Shown here piece by piece: positions 1-7,799 of a stretch of 24,233 nt of DNA; positions within the stretch are counted from its first letter, which is position 1; each line of letters opens with the position of its first letter. The translations under genes and the position numbers were made by a program. The notes below the pieces were generated by a model that saw only the letters and a list, made by a program, of their open reading frames with translations, searched no databases and was not told the DNA's origin. This DNA is from Candidatus Omnitrophota bacterium. Its GTDB lineage: Bacteria; Omnitrophota; Gorgyraeia; Gygaellales; Profunditerraquicolaceae. The stretch covers positions 1 to 24,233 of the forward strand of contig JAPLLQ010000066.1 of NCBI GenBank assembly GCA_026387485.1, given 5' to 3'.

Positions 1-791
1 AGTTCTCTTTGATTTAAAAACCCCAAGAATACAGCGTTTAATTTATGTTTAATTGAATAATCCTGCATTTTTTTTCTTAGTATCCCATCTCCAACTAATA
101 GGCCTCCGACGTTTACCTTTTTTTCTTTTAAAACCTTTAAAGCATGTAAAAAATCTAGCGGTCTTTTTTTGTCTATAAATTTACCACAGAATAATAGAAG
201 TATCTCGTTCTCATAAAAACCATAATTTTTCTTTGTATTAATTTTTTCTTTAAGAGAGCTAAACTTAGTCTCCCTAAAAAAATTATTGTCAACAAAATGA
301 GGGCAAAAAATAATTTTATCTTTCGATACACCATAAAATAAAAGGTACTCTTCAAATCTTTGTGATGGCGACAGAAAACCATCGAATTTCGATAGAAATT
401 TACTAAAATATATTCTTTTAAGGCACCTAAACCACAGGGGCCGCGTTGAAAGTTGACTGTCACCTCTAGCATATATCGGAATGTTAAAACTTTTACAAGC
501 TTCCAAAGCCTGATGTGCAGCTATATAATTCCACGCTATAACTATAAATAGATCAAAATTGCCATCTTTAATTCTTTTTTTTACCTCCTTTGCATTATTA
601 ATAAATTCATAATTATACCCCTCTAAAAGGGGAATATCCCACTGGAAAGCGACTCCAAAACCAACGCCCTGCTCTTTACTGTTGGGTTGATAACAATAAT
701 ATACCGTTAAATCTACCGCCTTAGCTAATTCTTTAAAGAATGGCGAATAATACTGCACAGGGTGGGAAAGTAAAACTCCTAATTTTTTCAT
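1..791 (-). CDS. GT4 (GT-B) glycosyltransferase, 3' end beyond window edge
   Basis: Hand translation from ATG at 791-789: MKKLGVLLSHPVQYYSPFFKELAKAVDLTVYYC...GFGVAFQWDIPLLEGYNYEF...YARGDSQL...FCPHFVDNNFF...LLFCGKFIDKKRPLDFLHAL...LLVGDGILR...VFLGFLNQREL, open to position 1. Typical GT4 N-terminal and C-domain motifs. Absent from the ORF track because there is no stop in the window. Confidence 0.88.
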   Translation of the reverse strand, partial: MKKLGVLLSHPVQYYSPFFKELAKAVDLTVYYCYQPNSKEQGVGFGVAFQWDIPLLEGYNYEFINNAKEVKKRIKDGNFDLFIVIAWNYIAAHQALEACKSFNIPIYARGDSQLSTRPLWFRCLKRIYFSKFLSKFDGFLSPSQRFEEYLLFYGVSKDKIIFCPHFVDNNFFRETKFSSLKEKINTKKNYGFYENEILLLFCGKFIDKKRPLDFLHALKVLKEKKVNVGGLLVGDGILRKKMQDYSIKHKLNAVFLGFLNQRE

Positions 792-829
792 TTTTTTCCT
801 ATTATTTTCCGCAAGGGATTAAAAATATT

Positions 830-915
830 AGCTCCTCCCGAGAGCTGTTGGAAGCGACACCAATTCGGCGTTGCCGTTGGATGTCGCATTAGTCTATCCA
901 AGTAGCACGCCTACT
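830..915 (-). promoter_or_regulatory. GC-rich multi-hairpin 5' leader of the leftward GT4 gene (candidate cis-regulatory RNA)
   Basis: Inverted repeats at 830-834/842-846, 854-887 (GCGACA-CCAA-CGGC stem with small bulges) and 901-905/911-915, lying between a predicted promoter and the GT4 start. Clearly more GC-rich than the flanks. Confidence 0.4.
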
Positions 916-929
916 TTCCTACTTTTAAT

Positions 930-958
930 AGTTTATCAGAAAGCTCTATTCTAGTCAA
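930..958 (-). promoter_or_regulatory. Putative sigma70-type promoter for the leftward GT4 transcript
   Basis: On the minus strand TTGACT (958-953), 17-nt spacer, TAAACT (935-930) with an extended -10 TG. Confidence 0.55.
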
Positions 959-990
959 TATGGCATATAATAGTTTTCTTTTCTAGTAAA

Positions 991-1135
991 TAATCTTACC
1001 CCTAAAAACTGGATAGTTTACAAGTAGAGTCTCCTGGTGTATAATGCTCGTCAAATGAGGTTTTTTCTGACAAGAAAAAGGTTTACAGAAGAGAAGATCA
1101 TCGGTGTTTTAAAAAGGCATCAGGCAGGGCAAAAA
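991..1135 (+). mobile_element. IS3-family remnant: degenerate left end plus first ~27 codons of OrfA transposase
   Basis: TAATCTTACCCCTAAAAACTGGATA resembles IS3-family left inverted repeats (recalled pattern TGATCTTACCC...TGGACA). ATG at 1055 gives MRFFLTRKRFTEEKIIGVLKRHQAGQK, matching the OrfA start motif (K/R)RF(T/S)EEQIIxILKEHEAG. Similarity ends at ~1135 and the frame stops at 1204. No OrfB or right end seen. Confidence 0.75.
1017..1045 (+). promoter_or_regulatory. Near-consensus sigma70 promoter inside the IS left end
   Basis: TTTACA (1017-1022), 17 nt, TATAAT (1040-1045). Confidence 0.55.
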
Positions 1136-1244
1136 TATAGGATAAGATTGGTTTGCATAGTTGCCAATCCTATATGGCAATGTGTACTAAATAAAATATT
1201 ATAGTGTCCAAAAACTCGTCCATGATGAAGAGCTATTAAAACAT

Positions 1245-1283
1245 AACCCTAGTGAGTAAAATACTTGCGTAGGGTTTTTATTT
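1245..1283 (+). terminator. Putative intrinsic terminator
   Basis: AACCCTA...TAGGGTT outer stem with an imperfect inner stem (GTGAGTA/TACTTGC), followed by TTTATTT. Confidence 0.4.
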
Positions 1284-1308
1284 GGAATAGAATAACGTCA
1301 CGAAAGAC

Positions 1309-1808
1309 AATCTATTAAAAAAGATAGTTAAACTTTATTATCGAGATGACACTATTCATTACATTCTATTAAGGCCAATGATGGGTATGAAATTTGGGTG
1401 AATAAAGTTACGCAGTTAATGTCGCTTTATTCGGGGAACGAACCTTGGCACCAACAAAGCGAATGCTTTTGTAAGTAAGCATTTAGTTAAACAACAAAGG
1501 CTAGACACTATTGTTCACGATTTAGCATTAGATAGGGTTGATTTAATAAAAGTTGATGTTGAAGCAGCGGAGTGTCATGTCTTAAAAGGGGCAGAGCAAG
1601 TAGTTAATAAGTTTCATCAAGTTTTTATTATTGACTTGCATACTCCCAACAATGATTTGTTTGTTGATAAATGGTTTACCGAAAAAGGTTATAGGTTTGA
1701 ACGCGTTAATAAAAATTTACCGCCTATATTGAAAACCGATAAGGGATGGCCTGATAAAGAAGGTGTTTGGGTTCCGTGCTAGCGATTCCGCAAAATTTGG
1801 TATTTTAG
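1309..1808 (+). pseudogene. FkbM-family methyltransferase pseudogene
   Basis: Frame 1444-1782 reads ...RLDTIVHDLALDRVDLIKVDVEAAECHVLKGAEQVVNKFHQVFIIDLH...KGWPDKEGVW, containing the FkbM C-terminal IKxDVEGxE motif. Upstream pieces (LLRPMMGMKF / WVNKVTQLMSLYSGNEP) lie in different frames, no start codon was found, the SAM-binding DxGAxxG segment is absent, and a further shift at ~1770 restores ...GSVLAIPQNLVF* (stop 1806-1808). Confidence 0.8.
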
Positions 1809-1876
1809 AAAATTAGTAACTATACCAAGATTCTGGCTACAAAGCAATAAAAAGGCATATAAAAACGTAAAACACA

Positions 1877-3691
1877 ATGAAAATATTTTTGCAAGCAGAT
1901 AAAATAAAAAGGTTTCTTAAGCAAATAGGCATGCGGAAATCTTATTTTTTTATGGCGATGTGTTTATCATTATTAGCGGCTTTTTTTGAGGGTGTTACTG
2001 CGGCTGTTTTGATCCAATTTGTAAAAGGTATTATCAGCAGAGATTTTAGTTTCGTTAAAGAATTGCCGGTCTTTAATATGATTTTTTCTGAACATTCTTA
2101 TACCAGTAATGCCCAAAACACCACCTTTTTTTTAATGTTGTTGGGAACCATCTTTATTTCAATGGTTTTTAAAAATATATTATCGTATTTAAGCGAATTG
2201 GCGATCTCATATCAGGCGGGGAAGGTTGCTGATGGCTTAAGAAGGATGGTTTTCCAGCGCTATCTCAGTTTTGGTAAAATGTTCTTTGATCATACTTACA
2301 TAGGCCGTTTAAATAATATTCTTATGCATTATATAGGGATGATAATAATTAAACTCAAAACAGCCAACTCTATTTTTACTCAGGTGTTTATGCTTGCCGT
2401 ATATATAATTATCATGTTTGTGATTTCCTGGAAAGTAACGATATTTGTGTTATTCTTTTTTCCAATTTTGAATAAAATGCTAAATTTGCTTATTTATAGA
2501 ATTAGGAAAACTTCGGAATCATATATAACTTCTTATGATATGTTAAGCCACAATATTTCAAACATCCTATCCTGTATTTCATTAGTCAGGTTATATTCAA
2601 ATGAAGATGGTGAAAAAAAACATTTTGCTTACTTAAGCAGTCAATTAAGAAAATTAGAATTTAGTCTGGATAAGAAAAGCGGTTTAATTAAACCCTTGCA
2701 GGAGATTATTTTACTGTTGGCAATTTTGTTCCTAGTTTTCGTGATGTCATTTATGTCGATCAAAGAAAAAAGCGTTGAAATCGCGAGCTTTATGGTTTAT
2801 TTTTTTCTTTTAAGGAGGGCGCAAAGCAATTTCGGAGTTTTTAACAACATAAAAGTTTCAATAGCGGAAACAAAAGGCTTGATGAATGAAGTTATGGATG
2901 TGTTTGAAGATAAGGATAAATTTTTTATTCCAGATGGGGGAGAAACCTTTGATCAGCTTGAGCACAGCATAGAATTCAATCATTTGAGTTTTTCTTATGA
3001 AAAAGGAAGGCAAATTTTAAAAGATATTAATTTTTGTATTGAAAAGGGCAAAATGACAGCTATTGTAGGACCAACGGGCTCTGGGAAAACAACCATTATA
3101 AGTCTTTTGCTTAGGTTTTATGACGCTCCGCCAAAATCAATTTTGATAAACGGAAAAGACATAAGAGATTTTTCTGTCAAGTCTTTAATGACCCATTTTG
3201 GTTATGTAAGCCAGGATACTTTACTTTTTAATGACACTATTCGGGAAAACATAACCTATGGTTTAAAAAGAATAATCAGGGAAGAAGAGATAATATCGAT
3301 TTTAAAAAAGGCAAGGTTATACGATTTTGTTTTAAGTTTGCCAAAAGGCTTGGATACGCGAATTGGAGACCGGGGTATTAAATTATCCGGCGGTGAAAAA
3401 CAGAGGGTATCCATAGCCCGCGCACTTCTTAAAAAATGCGAAGTTTTAATTCTTGATGAGGCCACCAGTTCGCTTGATTCAAAGACGAAAAAATTAATTC
3501 AGGAGGCTATAGACGAAGCGGTGAAGACCAGAACTAGCATTGTGATCGCGCATCGTCTTTCAACAATTAAGCATGCAGATAAGATAGTTGTTATAGAGAA
3601 CGGTAAACTGATTGAAGAGGGGACATTGAGCGAACTTTTAGATAAAAAAAATAAATTTTACACGTATTGGGAAGAACAAAAATTTTCTTGA
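1877..3691 (+). CDS. ABC exporter, fused TMD+NBD (MsbA/PglK/HepA-like), probable lipid-linked glycan flippase
   Basis: N-terminal TM helices; Walker A GPTGSGKTT, Q-loop VSQD, signature LSGGEKQR, Walker B LILDEATSSLD, H-loop IAHRLSTI. The substrate is inferred from context only. Confidence 0.9.
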   Translation: MKIFLQADKIKRFLKQIGMRKSYFFMAMCLSLLAAFFEGVTAAVLIQFVKGIISRDFSFVKELPVFNMIFSEHSYTSNAQNTTFFLMLLGTIFISMVFKNILSYLSELAISYQAGKVADGLRRMVFQRYLSFGKMFFDHTYIGRLNNILMHYIGMIIIKLKTANSIFTQVFMLAVYIIIMFVISWKVTIFVLFFFPILNKMLNLLIYRIRKTSESYITSYDMLSHNISNILSCISLVRLYSNEDGEKKHFAYLSSQLRKLEFSLDKKSGLIKPLQEIILLLAILFLVFVMSFMSIKEKSVEIASFMVYFFLLRRAQSNFGVFNNIKVSIAETKGLMNEVMDVFEDKDKFFIPDGGETFDQLEHSIEFNHLSFSYEKGRQILKDINFCIEKGKMTAIVGPTGSGKTTIISLLLRFYDAPPKSILINGKDIRDFSVKSLMTHFGYVSQDTLLFNDTIRENITYGLKRIIREEEIISILKKARLYDFVLSLPKGLDTRIGDRGIKLSGGEKQRVSIARALLKKCEVLILDEATSSLDSKTKKLIQEAIDEAVKTRTSIVIAHRLSTIKHADKIVVIENGKLIEEGTLSELLDKKNKFYTYWEEQKFS

Positions 3692-3739
3692 CGGTGATAT
3701 ATTTGCTCATAATTTGTATGTTTTTGAAAGAGAGTAACT

Positions 3740-4834
3740 TTGTTTAATTTATCCTTCATGACAAACAACAAGAGTATCTCCAAACGTATTTTGGTATATC
3801 GATATGGCCAGTTAGGCGACACGATTGTTGCTCTGCCTGCCTTTTGGGCTGTGCGTAAATATTTTCCAATGGCGCATATAACCCTGCTAAGGGATGAGCA
3901 GATGGGAAAACAATATGTGGTACCGGAGATGATTTTACCCGAGGAAGGATTATTTGATCGTTATCTACATTATCCAGCTAATATTGGTTTTACTAAATTT
4001 AATATGTTTTTGTTTCTTTTGATCATGTTACGCAAATATAAATTTGATACGTTAATTTACTTGGCGCCTAGCGATCGAAGCCGTATGAAAATAATCCGCG
4101 ATTACATATTCTTTAGTATGATTGGGATTAATAAATTCATTGGTTTCCGGGGGAGGGAAACATTACATCCTAAGACTTTATCACCTAACGATATACATGA
4201 ATCAGATTATCTTCTTGATTGTCTTGCCTCAAGTGGAATACTTGTGCCACCGCATAGTAAGAGTTCGATAAATATTGGTCTTACTAAACAAGAGTTAGAG
4301 GAAGCAGATGAATGGCTAGAAGCATATTTTCTAGCAGATAAGACAAAGCTTTTAATTGGTTTTGCTCCGGGAAGCAAGATGCCGTCAAAGATTTGGCCAG
4401 AGGAGTGTTATGTGGCGGTAGGTCATGAGCTAATCGCTAAATTGGGGGTGATACCAATTATTTTTGGCGGTTCGGAAGATGAAGCATTGGGAGATCGCCT
4501 AATTGCTCAATGGGGATTAGGTATTAATGCTGCTGGTAAACTGAGTGTTCGCAAAGCCGCAGCGGTATTTTCACGTTGTAAACTCTATATAGGCAATGAC
4601 ACCGGCACGATGCATTTGGCAGCCGCTGTGAATACGCCCTGTGTTGCGATATTTTCAAGGAGAGATATGCGAAGGCGATGGTATCCATATGGACAAAATC
4701 ATGTTGTTTTGTGTGGCACGGCTCCCTGTGAAGGATGTAAATTATATGTATGCAATAATAATTTGAAGTGCTTAAAAAATGTTTCTGTAGATTCCGTTAT
4801 CCAATCATGCTTAGATATTTTGTGCCGCAAGTAA
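3740..4834 (+). CDS. GT9 family glycosyltransferase (heptosyltransferase-like)
   Basis: YRYGQLGDTIVALPAF N-terminal motif, GFAPGSKMPSKIWP, YIGNDTGTMHLAAAVNTPCVAIF. TTG start at 3740 preceded by GAAAGAGAG; alternative ATG at 3758. Confidence 0.88.
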   Translation: MFNLSFMTNNKSISKRILVYRYGQLGDTIVALPAFWAVRKYFPMAHITLLRDEQMGKQYVVPEMILPEEGLFDRYLHYPANIGFTKFNMFLFLLIMLRKYKFDTLIYLAPSDRSRMKIIRDYIFFSMIGINKFIGFRGRETLHPKTLSPNDIHESDYLLDCLASSGILVPPHSKSSINIGLTKQELEEADEWLEAYFLADKTKLLIGFAPGSKMPSKIWPEECYVAVGHELIAKLGVIPIIFGGSEDEALGDRLIAQWGLGINAAGKLSVRKAAAVFSRCKLYIGNDTGTMHLAAAVNTPCVAIFSRRDMRRRWYPYGQNHVVLCGTAPCEGCKLYVCNNNLKCLKNVSVDSVIQSCLDILCRK

Positions 4835-5037
4835 TAGGGATTAATCCCGGATTTTTAAAATTATAATGTTTGCTTCTATAGAGGATATATGTGCATATTT
4901 ATTATATTGTTCCAGTGCCAAGACCCCTAGGCTAAGTTTTGATCCGTTTATAAGCGGCCTATTTATATATGATTTAGCTATACCATACAGGATATCATAT
5001 GTTATTGGTAGATGTATAGTTACAAAGCATGTATTTC

Positions 5038-5066
5038 TTGACAAATTAGCCATATTATGATAGTTT
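5038..5066 (+). promoter_or_regulatory. Putative sigma70-type promoter for the pilZ-barrel-OPX-wzc unit
   Basis: TTGACA (5038-5043), 17 nt, TAGTTT (5061-5066) with an extended -10 TG at 5058-5059, about 30 nt upstream of the PilZ ATG. Confidence 0.55.
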
Positions 5067-5097
5067 AAACTGATAAATTAGAAACTAAAATAATACT

Positions 5098-5487
5098 ATG
5101 TTCAAATTCTTTAGACCAAAAAAAGAAGAAATCAAGGAAAATAGGGCTTATACTAGGGCTAAGGTATATTATTTGGTGAAAATCCAGAAACCGGGGGAAT
5201 CTAGGGAGAAGATGGTGCTGACTTCGTTAAAAAATTTAAGTGCCGGAGGAGCATGCATAAAACTGCAAGAGTCTTTACCGGTTTCCAGTACTTTGTGCTT
5301 AAGCATAAATTACCCCGGTAGCGATAAACCGGTTTTTGCCGTCGGTAAAATAGATTGGGTGCGAAAACTTGATAAAGATAAAGGGTATGAAGCGGGCTTA
5401 AGTTTTATTGAAATCGAAGACGCGATGCGTCAAGAAATAGCCAGAAACATTGATTTTGCAACTAAGAAACTTAAAGAATTAGAATAA
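5098..5487 (+). CDS. Single-domain PilZ protein (putative c-di-GMP receptor)
   Basis: RxxxR (RAYTR) and (D/N)xSxxG (NLSAGG) motifs, then a PilZ-like beta pattern (AVGKIDWVR...YEAGLSFIEI). Confidence 0.88.
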   Translation: MFKFFRPKKEEIKENRAYTRAKVYYLVKIQKPGESREKMVLTSLKNLSAGGACIKLQESLPVSSTLCLSINYPGSDKPVFAVGKIDWVRKLDKDKGYEAGLSFIEIEDAMRQEIARNIDFATKKLKELE

Positions 5488-5503
5488 ATAAAAGGAGAAA
5501 GTT

Positions 5504-6826
5504 ATATATATTCGAAGGTTTTTTTTTATATTAGCTTTCTTTTTCGTTTCCCTACAAGTTTCTTTTGCCGATTCCACGAGGGATAAGGTCATAGAAAATA
5601 CACTCCAATTTGGGCAGGAAAAAAGAGATGAGGAGATGCGCAATGCCTTTCAGGATGCCCAGTTGAATTATGTGAGGGATGAAATTGCATCTGGCAAAAG
5701 GGTGTTGCGTCCCATTTTTAAAATAAAACCATATTTTAATGTGGGGTTGAAATATGATGAAAACATTTTTCTTACCAATGACAATCCTCAGACGGATTTA
5801 ATAATGACCATAGGAGCTGGATTTAAGTTTACCTTAGGCGGTAAATTTGAAGTTGATAGGTTGGAAGATCTACGGTTTATTCCTACTTTGCAGTTTAATT
5901 TGGGGACCCAGATAGTTGATTATAAGAAGCACAAGGAGCTTAATATAAAACCTTTTATGAATTTTGATGGCGGTTTTATCCCTGATATTTATTTACAATA
6001 CAATTTGGGGAAGAACAAGAATAAGTTTAATCTTTTGTATTCCATGCATCCTGGTTTCGCTGCTATTTCTTCTATTAAGGTAGGAGGAACGGGCCAGGTT
6101 AATTATTTTAACGATATGATGGAGGCAAACTGGGAACAATCTTTCCGTCGCTTTGGCTATCATGTTGGTTTAAGAAGGACAACTACCAGCTACGAAACAG
6201 CATATGAAAACAGCAACATGGAGGATGATATGGGGATCCTTACTGGTTTCTTTAAAGTAACTCCTAAAACTAGGTTTTTTGCCGAGATTAACTATGGTAT
6301 AACAAAATATACGAACGCCAATTCAGATTCGAATAATGCTAAATATAGCAAGGTATGGGTAGGAGCAAGCGGCAGGTTGGTCCCTAGGGTCATAGGCGAA
6401 GCAAAAATAGGTTTTGTGGAGAGAAAATATAATAACGGAAAAAATGATTCTGGCTTGGCGGAAAGCTTTGATTTGACTTATCGCAAATCCCCTAAACTTT
6501 CATTCACTTTTCGCGCTTTAAATGAGGCAGAAGAGGGAAGTTATTTTTCAGAAGGATTCGCCAATACGTTAAATCTTTACTTGGGGGCTAATTATAATTT
6601 TAATCGTAAATTCAGCCTTGCTTTAAAATTTATGCAGTTTGAACACGATAAGTACGAGAGCGGATTATTGTCTAATACGTATTCTCCTTCCATTGGTTTT
6701 CAATATCTGTTCGGGGGATGGCTTAGCATGCAATTCGAGATTGCCCATCAGGAAAGGCATTCGAATCGCCAGGATGTTTCCTATGAAGACAATATTTATA
6801 ATTTAACAGCGACAGCTAACTTTTAA
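5504..6826 (+). CDS. Outer-membrane beta-barrel, polysaccharide-export associated (BBP2/VpsM/EpsX-like); true start probably 5504 (ATA)
   Basis: Alternating aromatic/hydrophobic strands and a C-terminal ...YNLTATANF beta-signal. The frame is open from 5492 and encodes (I)YIRRFFFILAFFFVSLQVSFA|DS, a Sec-type signal peptide, 44 codons upstream of the ORF-track ATG at 5636. The family name comes from context and recollection, not from a search. Confidence 0.75.
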   Translation: MYIRRFFFILAFFFVSLQVSFADSTRDKVIENTLQFGQEKRDEEMRNAFQDAQLNYVRDEIASGKRVLRPIFKIKPYFNVGLKYDENIFLTNDNPQTDLIMTIGAGFKFTLGGKFEVDRLEDLRFIPTLQFNLGTQIVDYKKHKELNIKPFMNFDGGFIPDIYLQYNLGKNKNKFNLLYSMHPGFAAISSIKVGGTGQVNYFNDMMEANWEQSFRRFGYHVGLRRTTTSYETAYENSNMEDDMGILTGFFKVTPKTRFFAEINYGITKYTNANSDSNNAKYSKVWVGASGRLVPRVIGEAKIGFVERKYNNGKNDSGLAESFDLTYRKSPKLSFTFRALNEAEEGSYFSEGFANTLNLYLGANYNFNRKFSLALKFMQFEHDKYESGLLSNTYSPSIGFQYLFGGWLSMQFEIAHQERHSNRQDVSYEDNIYNLTATANF

Positions 6827-6827
6827 T

Positions 6828-7736
6828 ATGAAAAGATTACCTATTTTAATTTTAAATTTAGCTATTTTTTTGCTGGCGAACTCTGCTTTTAGTTTTGCGC
6901 AAGAAAGTAAGGATGTGGGGAAAGAATACAGGGTTTCCTCAACTGATATATTGGAAGGGAGTGAAAAATCCGCTTATAAGATTACGCCTAATGATTTATT
7001 AGAGATTAGTGTTTATGATGAGCCTGATTTAACAAAAACCGTAAGAGTTGGTGCTGATAGGATCATTATTTTCCCGTTGTTAGGGACTGTTTCTGTTAAA
7101 GGGTTAACCCCTAAAGAATTAGAAACCAAGCTTACCGATTTATTACAAGCAGATTATTTAATTACTCCCCAAGTTTCAGTTTTAGTTAAAGAACGCGCAA
7201 AAATTGCTATTCTTGGACAGGTAAGTAATCCTGGGCAAAAAGAATTAAGCGCAGGAATGACTCTGCTGGATGCGATTGTACAAGCTGGAGGTTTTACGGA
7301 TGTTGCCAACATCCTAGAGATTAAATTGATTCGTTCGGATGATAATGATAATAAAGGGACATTGACCTTTGATGCCAGCGAAATTTTTAAGGAAGGAGGA
7401 AATAAAACCCAGGGAATTTTTCTTCAACCAGGAGATTTGATTATTGTAGGGAAGTTAAGAAAAGATGAAGAATCGTTCATTGTTGTTTTTGGGGAAGTGG
7501 AAAAACCCGGGCGTTATGAATTAAATAAAGATATGACGGTGATTGAAGCTGTTGCTTTGGCTGGAGGACTTAAGTCAACCGCCGCAGGGGACGGAACAAA
7601 AATTATCCGTACTCAGAATGGCCAGAGGAAAACAATCAATGTTCGTTTGGCTTCCATTCTAAAAGGTTATAGTAAAGGGCAGGATATTTCTTTAGAGCCC
7701 GGAGACGTTATAATGGTTCCGGAGTCGTTTTTCTAA
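6828..7736 (+). CDS. wza: Polysaccharide export (OPX/Wza-family) protein, Poly_export + 2 SLBB domains, non-lipoprotein
   Basis: YKITPNDLLEISVYDEPDLTKTVRVGADRIIIFPLLGTV (Poly_export), two SLBB repeats (LGQVSNPG..., FGEVEKPG...), ending DVIMVPESFF. Signal peptide ...SAFSFA|Q has no Cys. Confidence 0.85.
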   Translation: MKRLPILILNLAIFLLANSAFSFAQESKDVGKEYRVSSTDILEGSEKSAYKITPNDLLEISVYDEPDLTKTVRVGADRIIIFPLLGTVSVKGLTPKELETKLTDLLQADYLITPQVSVLVKERAKIAILGQVSNPGQKELSAGMTLLDAIVQAGGFTDVANILEIKLIRSDDNDNKGTLTFDASEIFKEGGNKTQGIFLQPGDLIIVGKLRKDEESFIVVFGEVEKPGRYELNKDMTVIEAVALAGGLKSTAAGDGTKIIRTQNGQRKTINVRLASILKGYSKGQDISLEPGDVIMVPESFF

Positions 7737-7799
7737 ATATCTTTTGTTAAGTATTTAGGTTTAATCTTCATTTATAAAATATATGCGTGTGGATAAAAT

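Noticed and set aside
173-472. 99-aa minus-strand ORF in the track
   Set aside because: It is an alternative frame inside the real GT4 gene (<1..791) and has no recognisable motifs.
710-720. GGCGGTAG (ops core) on the minus strand
   Set aside because: It lies within GT4 coding sequence (K-A-V-D codons), lacks the JUMPstart context and is short enough to occur by chance.
1161-1180. Inverted repeat TTGCCA-N8-TGGCAA
   Set aside because: Single 6-bp arm pair with no second copy seen and no regulator in the window, so it cannot be supported as an operator.
1200-1225. GTGTCCAAAAA, possible IS3 right end
   Set aside because: The following bases do not complement the left end at 991-1015, and no target duplication is evident.
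4837-5060. 12-bp palindrome GGGATTAATCCC and the overlapping small ORFs 4866..5060 (+) and 4841..5053 (-)
   Set aside because: The palindrome has no loop or U-tract suited to a terminator. The ORFs have no RBS or motifs, overlap each other and overlap a predicted promoter, so they are likely spurious.
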